A DNA stretch of 64,000 bases from Podarcis erhardii (lineage: Eukaryota): NCBI GenBank assembly GCA_964252035.1, contig OZ176212.1. One strand, 5' to 3'. Position 1 is the stretch's first letter. Every line of letters begins with the position of its first letter. A program made the translations under genes and the position numbers. The notes beneath the pieces were generated by a model. That model was not told the origin of the DNA and searched no databases. It saw only the letters and a program-made list of their open reading frames with translations. This document shows, piece after piece, positions 1 to 25,400 of this stretch.

Positions 1-995
1 AGGATGTCTAGACAGCGGAAAAGATGCAAACCTTATTAAGTAACAGATCCCTAGGAAGAGAGATTGAGTTGTAGCTCTGTGTAGGGAATAGTGCTCTCCT
101 AACAGCTCTCTGTTCTTGTTTTATTTGTGGTCAAGGACAGTTTTTAACTCTTTCATTTGTACAGTTGTAAATTTTCAGAACGTATTTTGTATAGCCAGCC
201 ATCCAGCTATATCTGTATCTTACTGTATTTGATTCCTTTGCTATGGTTTGTGGCTGACGCAAATAAAGATTTTATATATCTCTCTGCACACTTAACAAAG
301 TACATTTCTCAGGAATCAGAATTATTTGGGGGAAAGCCATGAAGGTTTAAAGTGATATGATACTGCTTTAAATTAGAGCAGATGTGGCCTGCATATCATT
401 AAATTAAAAAATATATATTTCTGAAGACTGAAAGAAAAATGTGCCCCACTTTCAAGGCTGTCTCCTGTACATAAGATTCTGTTACTGCTCAATTATTGTT
501 CAAGCAGAATCACATTACTAGACATATTTTTTGGCAGAAATAAAATGTTCTAACGGTGAACTCTTCCATTACCTGGCTAGGATCCATAGAATTGTTTATG
601 CGAGGCCCTTGCTCTTCTGTCCTAGGATAATTGCTGACTCCCCACCCCCTTTGAACCCATGATATAATCACCAACTACTTCTGAACCTCCCATCAGTTTC
701 AAAATCAGATTCCCATGCAGCTGGGGAGGGTGCTTTTGGACTTTCATCTAAATACTTCCCTATTGGGCTCAGGGAACTAGTTTGATCACAGAACTCTGGC
801 TCCTAGCTGCAGAAGTTTTCTTTTTATTCTGCTTCTGCCCATTGATCCACAGAATTTGAACCATGGTGTGTATTATGACCCTGGTGCCTTTTCTGATAAG
901 ATACTTTTAAAAACAGTAACTTTCTGGCATTCTGTGCTAACATTTAAGTGTTTCTATTTTTACTAGGAGAGCGATCTCTTCATTTTAACTCTTGA

Positions 996-8428
<7,433 letters not shown>

Positions 8429-8452
8429 CTGTGACAAATGTAATACAAACAA

Positions 8453-8462
8453 AATAAATAAA
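8453..8462 (+). terminator. FH polyadenylation signal (two overlapping AATAAA)
   Basis: AATAAATAAA 25 nt after the stop codon. Confidence 0.7.
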
Positions 8463-8769
8463 GTGTATAAAGTAAACAATTTTATCATCTGTTTCTGTTA
8501 TGAAACCCATTGCATTTTGTCTCTGAAGTGGTGGGGCCTTCTATGGTAGATATATAACTTTGTATGTACTTCAAATATCCTGATGAAAATGCATCTTGTT
8601 TACAGAGAGCAGTGTTTTTAAAACGGCCCCCAAATTATTGCGAAGTTGAATTTATAGGGCTGTTTGTATTCATAAAATCAATAACATGCTAAAGTCAACA
8701 TGTCTTTACTAAAAATATACACATTCATAAGCAGCAGCACACAGATGCAGTTAATCGCAGTGGAGGTTA

Positions 8770-8935
8770 AAACAGACACTCCTTAAAAAGCTGGATGATG
8801 TCCCCTACCTTTAGACAGACACCAACACTGTATAGCTTTGCTTTATCCTGAAACAAGTTTTGGTGCCTGATGAACCCATAAAGGGAGGGCATTCCACAAA
8901 TGGGGCACCACCACAGAGAAGGCTCTTATCCTGCA
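8770..8935 (-). mobile_element. Old L2 LINE 3' fragment
   Basis: gggagggcattccacaaatggggcaccaccacagagaaggc is the reverse of the L2 3' motif gccttctc..ggtgg..cc...tggaat. Confidence 0.55.
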
Positions 8936-9517
8936 TCATTGTTATAAATGAACTTCATCTGCATAGAACTCAGAAGAGCTGCCTCCTCCTCCTCCAGGTT
9001 TGTCGCTGAACTTGTACAATCAAGAGAGATAACTATGTTTAACAGTGTAAAGGCGCACTAGAAACCTGCATTGTATTTCATGTTTGCTGCAAGACAGGGA
9101 TTAGCCAACCTGTGCTTTTGTCACTCATCTGCAGGACAATTACTCCATCACTGTGGGGGAGAAAGAGTGATCTCTTGGAAGACGGTGGTGGTAGTAGGGA
9201 ATACAATATTGGGAGAAGAACAGGTGGCAAGGGCTGCTCTGAATATCTGCAAAGCACCACTGCAGCACTGTGACAGCATACAAACTGCTTGATTCTGCTC
9301 CACTCTGGCAGCCATTTTGTGACTGGCGCCCACAGATTTTTCAAATTTTGTAACACACCCACTGTTGAAAAAGACTGGTTTACTCCCTGTGACAAAGGCA
9401 TATTAAAAATTATTTGTGGAGGGAGTGGTTAGGAAAAGCCTCAACAATAATACTACAAGCCAAGCTTGTCCAAAGAGGCTGAGAGAGGATTCGGGACAGA
9501 CACAAACTAGTCTGCTT

Positions 9518-9767
9518 GAGAGCCAGGGTGCCACAGTGCTTAAAGTGTCCAGCTCTGGCCTAGGGGAGACCAGGGTTCGAATCCCGCCCCCCACACTCGG
9601 CCATCCTGAAGTTCGCTGGTTTTGCCCTTGGGCCACGGTCGCCTAACCTACCTCACAGGGTTGTTGTGGAGGATTAAATGAGAAAGGGGGGGGGAGGCAG
9701 AGAGAACCTTGAGCTCCTTGAAGAAAAACAGGCGGGATATCTTAATGCAATAAATAATAATAACAAC
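9518..9767 (+). mobile_element. tRNA-derived SINE, Squam3/MIR-like
   Basis: Head gagagccagggtg, B box ggttcgaatcc (9574-9584), core cctcacagggttgttgtggaggattaaatg, (AAT)n tail. Confidence 0.8.
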
Positions 9768-10192
9768 ATTCCTCGATCACTGCCAAACAGTCTCCCCCCC
9801 CTCTCTATAGGTCGGATTCCCATAACAGAACTTATTCGTGTCCCACCTGCGGCATTTCAATAAGGCACAACCACGTCATTCTAGGGCAGTCCAAGCAAAC
9901 GGCAACAATAAATACACAGTAAATAAATAAGGCATATATAGTGTAAATAGAGCCCCTTCCCCCGAGGGCAGGGCGGGCGCGTCGCTTCCTCTGCGCGAGG
10001 CTCCTTCCTTCCGCCTTTCCTTAAGGCGTCGCTTTCGATGACGTAAAGCATCACGTGGCATCCCTGTCCCCGCTTCTGATTGGCGGGTGCCGCCGGTTGC
10101 TTCCGGGTTCGGTGTGTTGCTGTCGGCGGCGTCGCTCTTCCCGGAGGGGCCCCCGCTGCGATCTTGCTCGTCCCGCGGCGCCTCCCGCCAAG

Positions 10193-16184
<5,992 letters not shown>

Positions 16185-17785
16185 CTTCTCTAGCTCAGAA
16201 GGACTGCTGCTTTTCATCTTTCTTAAGAAGAATACCATTGGTGGTGCAGATAAAGCTTTCCAGTACCACTTGATATCACTACATAACAGAATGTAGAGTG
16301 AATGAGTGACAAATTCCCCTCCTTTTGAAGACATTTTATTACTAGCTTTTGTATTAACAGCAAGAAATTGGTACAACTCTTTCCTGCAGTGGGATCTGTT
16401 CACAAGTTCTGAAATTTGGCTTCATCACTCCTGTAGTGTTGTAGTATTATTCTGAAAATTACTTTGGGCTATTTATGGTTTTCTTTGATTTATATTTCTC
16501 CGGACTACAAAGGGCACTGTGATGGTATTTCTTAGACTAACTTTATTGTGCTTGCTTTAATCATGCATATTTTCTAATAATGCTACCATTTGCCATTTAT
16601 TGTGGATATATTTGCTATAGCCCTTAAATGTAGCTGAGTAACAAAAAGAAGCAAAGGAGATTACATTGTATAATCCATTTTGACCTAAATTATATACCAT
16701 TTAGGGTTGCTTGATCTCTATAGTGTTTTTTTTTTTTAAGATGCAGTTCCTTCTGTCTCAATTATTGTTAAATATCAAGATGCCAACTTTTAGATGTCAT
16801 TGGTCTCCAGCCGGTTACAGGTGCTTGTGAAACTATGGTTTCTTCCATTTCTACATAGGAACTATTTATGTGTTTCGGAATCCACAAATTTCAAAAAGCC
16901 TGAAGACCTTTGTCCCTCCCCGTGTCTTAGTTTAAAAGCCTGGTCAGTAGCTCATTTTATTGGAGGGCCACTTTGAGGAGGGTGGGACAAGTGGGCCCCC
17001 AAGAGACAGTAAACCAGTCCCATTGTCAAAGCCACTACTCCCTCTGTGTACGTTGGTGTGGGTTGGCAGCTGGGACTTGACCAGCTGCTAATACTCAAAG
17101 GGCTGGACTTGGCCAGGTAAAGGAAATAATCCACATTGCTATGTCACCTGCCATCTCTTCCTGCAAAACATATCCTCATTAAGTTAAACAGGATACACTT
17201 GTCCAAAGTCAGTGTGAATAGGCTTCCACCCCAATGAGACAGTTTCTATTTGTGTGGTCTTTTTGTGTAGAAATTTGATGTTGCACTTTAATAAGTTCCA
17301 TCTTGTGAAATGATGAATATGGACAATTCCCTGCAAGGGGTTGTTGCAGATGACTGTAGGGTGAGTGATGTCTTCAGCAGCCATGATGATTCGGGAAGGA
17401 CTCCCTAAAAGGTAGCAAAGATTGACCGTGATTCCTTTAGGAAACTAGATAATGTTCAATAAAAACCAGTTGGCTGGCTGGCAAGGGAGGTATCACAGGT
17501 AATAATCACATATGCGCCATAAAATGGTATGCTTATTTACCAAGACCGTTCCTGTTCAGAAATAAAACTGGTGAAGCTTTTTGTGACATGGAAGCAGGGC
17601 AGGCACTGGGGGAAAGTGCTCATTCTACATTTCTGTGTGTCAGGCTGCTGTTAAAGGCACAAGAGCAGCACCAAACACACAAACCCCAAATTCTTCTGCA
17701 TAGACAGGGAAAAGCTGTCTGAAACGTCATATTCCCTCTTTCGAACATGCTCAGGTTCAGAGATCTTCAGAGGGGAAGCCTCTGC

Positions 17786-18030
17786 CCTGCCACCCTCACA
17801 GGCACACTCGGTGGGCATGTGGGAGAGGGCCTTCTCGGTGGTGGCTGCTCCCAGACAACTTTGGAACTCCTTCCCTGGAGAAGACAGTGCTCCCTCCTTG
17901 CTGTCCTTCCGCTGGCAGGTGAAGACCACCTCGTTCCAACAGGCTGCTGGGAACAAACTGCTTCGAATGAAAGGGCTGGTGCTGTGCCCGTTTTTGGTGG
18001 ATTGTATGGTTTTAATAAAAAATAATAATA
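17786..18030 (+). mobile_element. L2 LINE 3' fragment
   Basis: gagagggccttctcggtggtggctgctcccagacaactttggaactccttccctgg...gtgaagacc motif followed by an A/T-rich tail. Confidence 0.65.
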
Positions 18031-18344
18031 CTGTAGATAGATACACATTTAAGTTGTGTGCATTTAGCTTTACCTGCTTGGCAGAAGAACCTAAATGGCA
18101 GGTGTCTGGAGAAAAAGAATGGCAGTCTCACCTGCCAATATGTTTTGAATGTATGTGCACTCCTTGGAATGTAACCCCTGCGCAAGTCAAGAGTTACCTG
18201 TAATCACAAAAATAATAGTGTACTGTAGAACCCCCTTGTTCCCAACAGGCTTTTAGGAACGGGCTGCTTCTAATGAAAGGGCTGGTACACTGCTTTTGTT
18301 GTGATTGACTGTTTTCAAATATTATTATATAGTTTTAATTCTGT

Positions 18345-18745
18345 TACACAGCTCAGGACCTCAATACCTCTGCATACGAACCAACCGGACCCCTGCACTT
18401 GTCACCCAAGGCCCATCTGTGTGTGTCCCCTCCGGGGGGGGGGGGGGGAATGGCCTTTTCTGTGGTGGCTCCTCATGGTGGAATGCTCTTCCCAGGGAGG
18501 CTCGCCTGGTGCCTTTGCTACATCTGAGGCCCAAAGGGAACACATTCCTCTTCCCCCAGGCCTTCAGCCATTGAACAGTCTGGCCTTTTAAATGGGGTGG
18601 GGAATTTCAAGAAATGGTGATTTCTTGTCATTGCTTTATTGGGTGTTTTTTTTATTTTATTATACCATATGAATTACATTTTTAATGTTGCACACCGCCC
18701 TGTGATCTTCGCAAGAAGAGCAGTATATACATTGAATTAATAATA
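18345..18745 (+). mobile_element. L2 LINE 3' fragment
   Basis: ggccttttctgtggtggctcct...tggaatgctcttcccaggga motif and terminal caccgccctgtgatcttc...gcagtatata tail. Confidence 0.65.
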
Positions 18746-18934
18746 CTGTAAAGGATGCTTGAAAAATAGTTTCCCATCCACCCCAAACATTTCTTAGCAG
18801 ATCTTATTTTTAATCAGTACAGCCGCCTTCGGCCCCTGTGAGGGGGGGCGGTATGAGAATAAAAACAAGACAATAAATAATAATAGGGAATAATAATAAA
18901 TGATAATGAGAGATGCTTCAAAGTAGGTCAATAA

Positions 18935-19400
18935 ATCAGCCAGCCCGCGGCGTCTCTCCCGTCTATCCTCGGGGTCTCGGGGCGGGAGGCGCGGCTCTCC
19001 CGTCGGGCTCCGGCTGCTCCTCCTCCTCCTTCCCCGGCCGGCAGCTTCCGGCGCCGGAGGGCGGCACTCGGCGCGGGCTCCGGGAGGGCGAAGCGGGGCA
19101 TGGCGGGGCCCGGAGGCGGCGGCGGGGGCTCGGCCCTGACGGTGACCGTCACCTACGGTGAGAGCGCGGGCGGGCCGGGCGGGGCGGGGCGGGGGGCGAG
19201 GCCGGGGCTTCGGGCCTAGCGGAGGCGAGCGGGGCTCGAAGGGGCGGCCTCCCGGTCCGGCCCTCCCCCGTGGATGTCGCCCCGCTGAGGGAAGGAGACG
19301 AGACGGGGGGCGACCCCACAGACGCCTTCGCGCCCCCATCCCTCCCCCCATGCAGTTGTGCACTCATGCACTCATCCACCCGTGCATTCACACGTACATC
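18935..19400 (+). promoter_or_regulatory. BAG1 CpG island / promoter-first exon region
   Basis: Very high GC and CpG density around the ATG at 19100; tandem GC boxes 19168-19196; ETS-like cttccgg ~19045. Confidence 0.8.
19100..19157 (+). CDS. BAG1: BAG1 exon 1 (coding part; start could extend upstream)
   Basis: ggc[23 protein letters not shown]+G|gtgaga. Confidence 0.88.
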
Positions 19401-22400
19401 CATCCGTGCATTTGTACATCTGCGTGTGCTTTCCTCCATCCATCCATCCATCCATCCATACATAGCTTGACCCCATTCCTGAAACCCAGGAGGTTCCAAG
19501 GCTAGAGTGCCTCAGAGCACGTGTGAATGTGCCCAGTATTAGGAACCTCTGAGAAGAAGAAGTGGCTCTTGCCGATTTCTGTGATGTCACAATATCCTTT
19601 GGCAGCCAGAGGTGTCATCGTTCCTCTGCTGGGATGTCGGTGGGTGTCCCTGGGCAGCTGGGCAACGGGTGACTCGGAGAGACTGTAAAGAGACTGAATT
19701 TTACCTCCGCAATGAGCTCAGCAGGGTGACCCTAAGCAAGCTGTTCTTGCCCTCCTCCCAAAATCTGTTTTACAGGGGTGGGGAGAGGATATTGAACTGA
19801 AGTTAGAGGATTTTTTGGAAGTGCCACTGAAATTATATACAAATGGCTCAAGACATTCAAAGTCATTCTCTTGTATTATCAGCCACTGTATATACCGTAT
19901 TTTTTGCTCTGTAAGACTCACTTTTTCCCTCCTAAAAAGTAAGGGGAAATGTGTGTGCGTCTTATGGAGCGAATGCAGGCTGCGCAGCTATCCCAGAAGC
20001 CAGAACAGCAAGAGGGATTGGTGCTTTCACTGCGCAGCGATCCCTCTTGCTGTTCTGGCTTCTGAGATTCAGAATAATTTTTTTCTTGTTTTCCTCCTCC
20101 AAAAACTAGGTGAGTCTTGTGGTCTCGTGCGTCTTATAGAACGAAAAATACGGTACATGTTTTTTACTAGGAGTAAGGTCAGTAAGAGAACCTCTGCAGC
20201 ACAATCTGATAAATGTGGGTAATGCAAGCAGTGAATTCAGGGATGAGAAGGACCTTCATGGCTCTACTGGGGTCAGTAATAAAGACTGGCCACTGGATAA
20301 CAGTCTTGTAGCAGGGGGGAGATGGCAATTTGAGGGATGCAGGCAGAGACCCCGATGTGGGTTGAGAGGCCTTTGGGTTCATTCCAGCCTTCTTTGTTGT
20401 TCTGGCTGCGGCTGATGGGGTTGTAGTTCAGAGGCACCAGGATGGCAAAGGCTGAGCCCCTGGGAGTGTGCGCTAGGGGCCATATTCAACTAAGTCATCA
20501 TATTCAGAATAGACCCACTGAAATCAATGGACTTAAAGTTACCCACACCTGTTTATTTCAGTGGGCCTGCTCTGAGTATGATTATGGTTGAACCTTTCAT
20601 GTGTGAAGCTTTACCCCATTGCTTTATCTCCATGTAAACTTTATTTGTTAAATACTTGCTTGTAAGACTGTAGTTTGCAGAACATATGGGCTGAGCTAAA
20701 CCCAGTTTGTAATCTGAATATATTTTCATTGTGGTATTTTCAGGTAGTGAAAAACACAGTCTTCAGGTTGCTTCTCAAGATGAAGACAGTCAGCCAACAG
20801 TACGTGATATGGCTCTCTTAATTGAACAAGTAATGGGAGTTCCAATTTCTTTTCAGAAACTGATATATAAAGGTAAGTAACGCGTTTATATTTGCAGCAC
20901 AATCCTATGCATGGCGACTCAGAATTAGGCTCCACTGAGTTCAATGGGGCTGATTCTCGTGTGTATAGGATTACATGCAAAATATCAGTTAGAACTGGTC
21001 TTAAATAACCATATACAATTGGGTGAGGATTTATTTTTGCTGAATAGCTATGCTAATTTCATCTCTTTTTTAAAATTGATTCATCCAGAGAACAGATCAT
21101 AAATCAGTTAAAACTACAAAGTGAGTTTTATTCATCACATGCTGAAGTACGTGCATGTATTGTGAGAGAGAACAATTAATCACCAATATTCATTCTTCTG
21201 TTTTTCTTACTAATATATTTGCCCAGGCACTGTGTATTTGAGTCAAGCTTACACAACTTTGGGCTCATCAACCAGAACATAGCCTACTAGGCATGTATTA
21301 TACAGGAGATATGAGAGGCTTGTTGAGCCCATGATAAAGAGCTATAATGGATGGTGGGCATTGTTCACATTAATGGGCTACAGTGTGCTGGGTCAGTTTT
21401 AGTGTTTCAAATTTATTATAGTGCATGTAGTTTGAAAAGGAACATGAATGGTATTACTGCTACACTAATTTCCGGGATTCTCGTAACCATTTTAAGGTAT
21501 TAGGAACCTGTGAGAGAAGAATAACAGGCTCTTGCCAATTGTTGAATTTTATTTTATTTTATTTTATTTTATTTTATTTTATTTTATTTTATTAAACTGA
21601 GTATCAAAGTAACGCTAAAAACCTTTTCAGATGATTTCATTTGTCTTCTGTTTCCGTTTTGTTTTGAAAAAGTTTTGTTTTGTGCTTTCCTTTTAAAGAG
21701 AACTAAGCTGGATATTTTATCAAATAAATAGAGCCTCTTAAAAATTATGTTTAATGAGCACAGCCTGTTCTAGTATAAGCAGCTGATTCTCTGTGATGTC
21801 ATAATATACTTTGCAGTCAGAGGTGTCATAGCTCCTCTGCTGTGATGTCGGTGGGTGCTTGGACAGCTGGGCAACTGACTCAGAGAGACCGCAAAGACCT
21901 TCGAATGTGAATTTTGAAATCTATGAACAACTGTTGTTATGTCATTAAGGTGTGCCATAGGCTTCCAAGTGATACCTTGTATCAATATCAACAACGAGCA
22001 TTTTTGGAGCCTTTTATGTTAATCAGGTGACGCTTTCAGCTTTATGCTGGTATAGGTGTATAAAAGGTATGTAAGTTGTTCCATATTTGTAAATGAACGT
22101 AAAACTGACTCTTCATTTTGTTTGCTGAAGTTTCCCAAGTAAATTTGTAGGTTTCTTTGTTTTTCCTCCTAGGAAAATCCCTGAAAGAAATGGAACAGCC
22201 TTTGGCAACATTTGGAGTTAAAAACGGTTGTAAAGTCATGCTGATTGGAAAAAGGGTAACTTTCATTTTATGAAGGCTGTGTCTCTCTTTTCCCTCTCTC
22301 TCTCCCTCCACACACACAAACACACATGGATGAACATGTATCGTTGAGCTTCCTAATATGAGAAGTCATATTTTTCCCCCTTGGTATTCAATAAAACATT

Positions 22401-25400
22401 TTTTTTAATAGATTTTTATTAAGATTTTAAAAGTTACATGAATAAAAAAAATAACAAAAGAAAAACACCCAATTAAACAAAAAAGAAAAGAAAACAATAC
22501 ATAAAAACAAGTCACATCAAAGAAAAAAAAGAAAAAAGAACAAATCAAACCTTTACATAATTTTCTTTCTTTAGCTTATTTCCTTGACCTCCTCACACCT
22601 CCCCTCTTTGTATTCTGGTTCAGTTAGATATTTCAGCAAATCCTTCATCTTTGTTTTTATCCTAATAATTTATCTTAATATACTGTAATTTTACATTCTC
22701 TTCTTTCACCAATTAACCATCCATTTTTACTTTATTTAATCTTATTTCTCATTAAAACTAATATATTTGAACTTAATTTCTTAAGACATTTCCCCTAGGG
22801 TCATAAAAATTTCATTCCACGATTTTTCCATCTCTCATTAATTTTTTAAAAAATCTCCATTTATACACTTTATTTTTTTTTTATAAATATTTATTAAGAT
22901 TTTAAAATATAAATGCACACATAATAAACAATCTTATTTCTGTCATAACAATTTCATCACTTCTTTGGACTCCCTCACGTCTCCCGCTCCCATTTGCATT
23001 GTTAAAAATTTTTCCACACAAATTATCAACTTGTTTTCAATCTCATGTCCATTCATTCAAATATAATCTAGCACTTCTTCCCAAAAAATTTTATATTTTC
23101 TTTAGTCTCACTTATCATCAAATTTAGATCTAATTTAGTGGTGAGCAGTTTTTTTATAATCCAGCATCCTTCTTAAAATTCAACCAAATTACAATGTTTT
23201 TGTAAATACATTTTGAATTTCTCCCAGTCTTCCTCCATCTTCTCTTCTCCCAGATCACGGATTCTGCCGGTCATCTCGGCCAGTTGCATATAGTCCATCA
23301 GCTGCATCTGCCACTCTTCCAGTGTGGGTAGATCTTGAGTTTTCCAGTTTTTTGCGATAAGAATCCTTGCTGCTGTTGTTGCATACATGAAAAATGTTCG
23401 ATCCTTCTTTAACACCTTCTGGCCGACAATACCCAGGAGGAAGGCCTCTGGTTTCTTTGTGAAGGTATACTTAAATACCTTTTTCAGTTCATTATATATC
23501 ATTTCCCAGAAGACCTTCACCTTAGGGCATGTCCACCAGAGGTGAAAGAATGTTCCTTCATTTTCTTTACATTTCCAACATTTATTATCAGACGAATGGT
23601 ATATTTTAGCAAGTTTAACTGGGGTCATGTACCATCTATATATCATTTTCATAACATTTTCCTTCAGAGCATTACATGCGGTGAAGTTCAGCCCAGTGGT
23701 CCACAACCTTTCCCAGTCCTCACATAATGTTATGCCCAATGTCCTGTGCCCATTTTATCATAGCCGATTTAACCATTTCGTCTTGTGTATTCCATTTTAA
23801 CAGCAAGTTATACATTCTAGATAGAACCTTAGTCTTTGGTTCTAACAATTCAGTTTCTAACTTCGATTTCTCCACCTGGAACCCTAACTTTTTATCATTT
23901 TTAAAAACTTCTTTAATCTGAGCATAATGTAACCAGTCTCGCACCTTATCCTTCATTTTCTCCAAACTCTGCAATTTCCAATTGTCTCCATCTTTTTCTA
24001 ATATTTCCCAATATTTTGGCCATTTGGCCTCCATATTGGGTCTTTTTAGGGCCTTAGCCTCCAGAGGTGAGAGCCACCTTGGAGTTTTATTTTCCAGTAA
24101 GTCTTTTGTCCAGACATTAAACACTGCTTTCCTGACAATATGGTTCTTAAAGGCCTTATTGATCTTAACTTTATCATACCATAAGTATGCATGCCAACCA
24201 AAAGCATTGTTAAAACCTTCCAGGTCCAGCACGTCAGTGTCTTCGAGAAGTAGCCAGTCTTTTAGCCAGCAAAAAGCTGCGGCTTCATAGTACAACTTTA
24301 AGTCTGGCAGGGCAAAGCCCCCTCTTTCTTTCGCATCTGTTAATATCTTAAACTTAATTCTGGGCTTTTTGCCCTGCCAGACAAATTTAGATATATCTTT
24401 CTGCCACTTCCGGAAGCACTCCGTTTTGTCCACAATCTGCAATGTTTGAAACAAAAACAACATTTTTGGCAATACATTCATCTTAATAGCAGCAATTCGG
24501 CCTAACAAAGAAAGCTTCAATTTTGTCCAACTATCCAAGTCTCTCTTAATTTCAGACCAGCATTTTTCATAGTTATCCTTGAATAGACTCAGGTTTTTTG
24601 CTGTTATGTTTACCCCTAGGTACTTTACCTTTTTAACCATAGTTAATTCTGTTTCTCTCTGAAACCGTTCCGACTCTATGTCTGTCAAATTTTTTCCCAA
24701 CACTTTGGTTTTCTGTTTGTTTAATTTAAATCCCGCCACCCGACCAAAGTCCTGTATCAATTGTAATACTCTTTTCGTACTAGATTCTGGCTCCTGCAGG
24801 GTCAAAACTAGGTCATCTGCAAAAGCTTTAAGTTTATATTGTTTCGCTCCGACCTGAATCCCTTCCACCAACCGGTCCCCTCTGATCATGTTCAAGAGCA
24901 CCTCCAGAACCGAGATAAATAACAGAGGGGAAATCGGGCAGCCTTGTCGTGTTCCTTTTTCAATTTTGAACTCTTCTGTAACCACATTATTAACTATCAG
25001 TTTGGCCTTTTGTTCTGAATATATAGCATCAATCCCATTCTCAAACCCCCGTCCCACTCCCATTTCTTTCAAATTTCCCTTCATAAATTTCCAAGAAATA
25101 TTATCGAAGGCCTTCTCCGCATCTATAAAAATTAACACAGCTTTTGTGTTTATGTCTGTTTGCAGAAGTTCCAAAATGTCAATAATGTTCCTAGTATTAG
25201 CAAACATATGTCTACCTGGGAGAAAGCCTGCCTGGTCTTTATGGATTACTTCATTAAGAACTCTTTTATACACTTTAAATTCCCAATTTTCTTCCACCGT
25301 CTCCCCTCCCGGGTCTCGGCCCCTGCCATCAGTTCCATCAACCTCCTACAGTCCATCAACCTGGAGATCTTATATCCGAGGCTCTTAACTCTTCTTAACT

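Noticed and set aside
157-275. Possible retroelement 3' tail in FH intron 1 (gctgacgcaaataaag)
   Set aside because: Too short and unanchored to assign; no TSD or coding remnant seen.
10055-10192. In-frame GTG-initiated N-terminal extension of CHMP5
   Set aside because: It overlaps the CCAAT, E-box and ETS promoter motifs and so is probably upstream of the TSS. The ATG at 10193 matches the conserved N-terminus, and GC-rich DNA is often stop-free.
18913-19161. Out-of-frame upstream ATG ORF overlapping the BAG1 start
   Set aside because: The ATG lies at the edge of an AT-rich repeat tail upstream of the CpG island and is probably not transcribed with exon 1.
18794-19590. Many overlapping Arg/Pro/Gly-rich ORFs at the BAG1 CpG island (likewise at 9876-10710 and 42022-42693)
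   Set aside because: These are artefacts of stop-codon scarcity in GC-rich promoter DNA, with no homology or splice structure.
23720-25297. The 525-aa ORF as a host gene or intact reverse transcriptase
   Set aside because: It is a 5'-truncated, frameshifted L1 ORF2. Its first residues ([11 protein letters not shown]) come from the flanking host element and TSD, so the start is chimeric.
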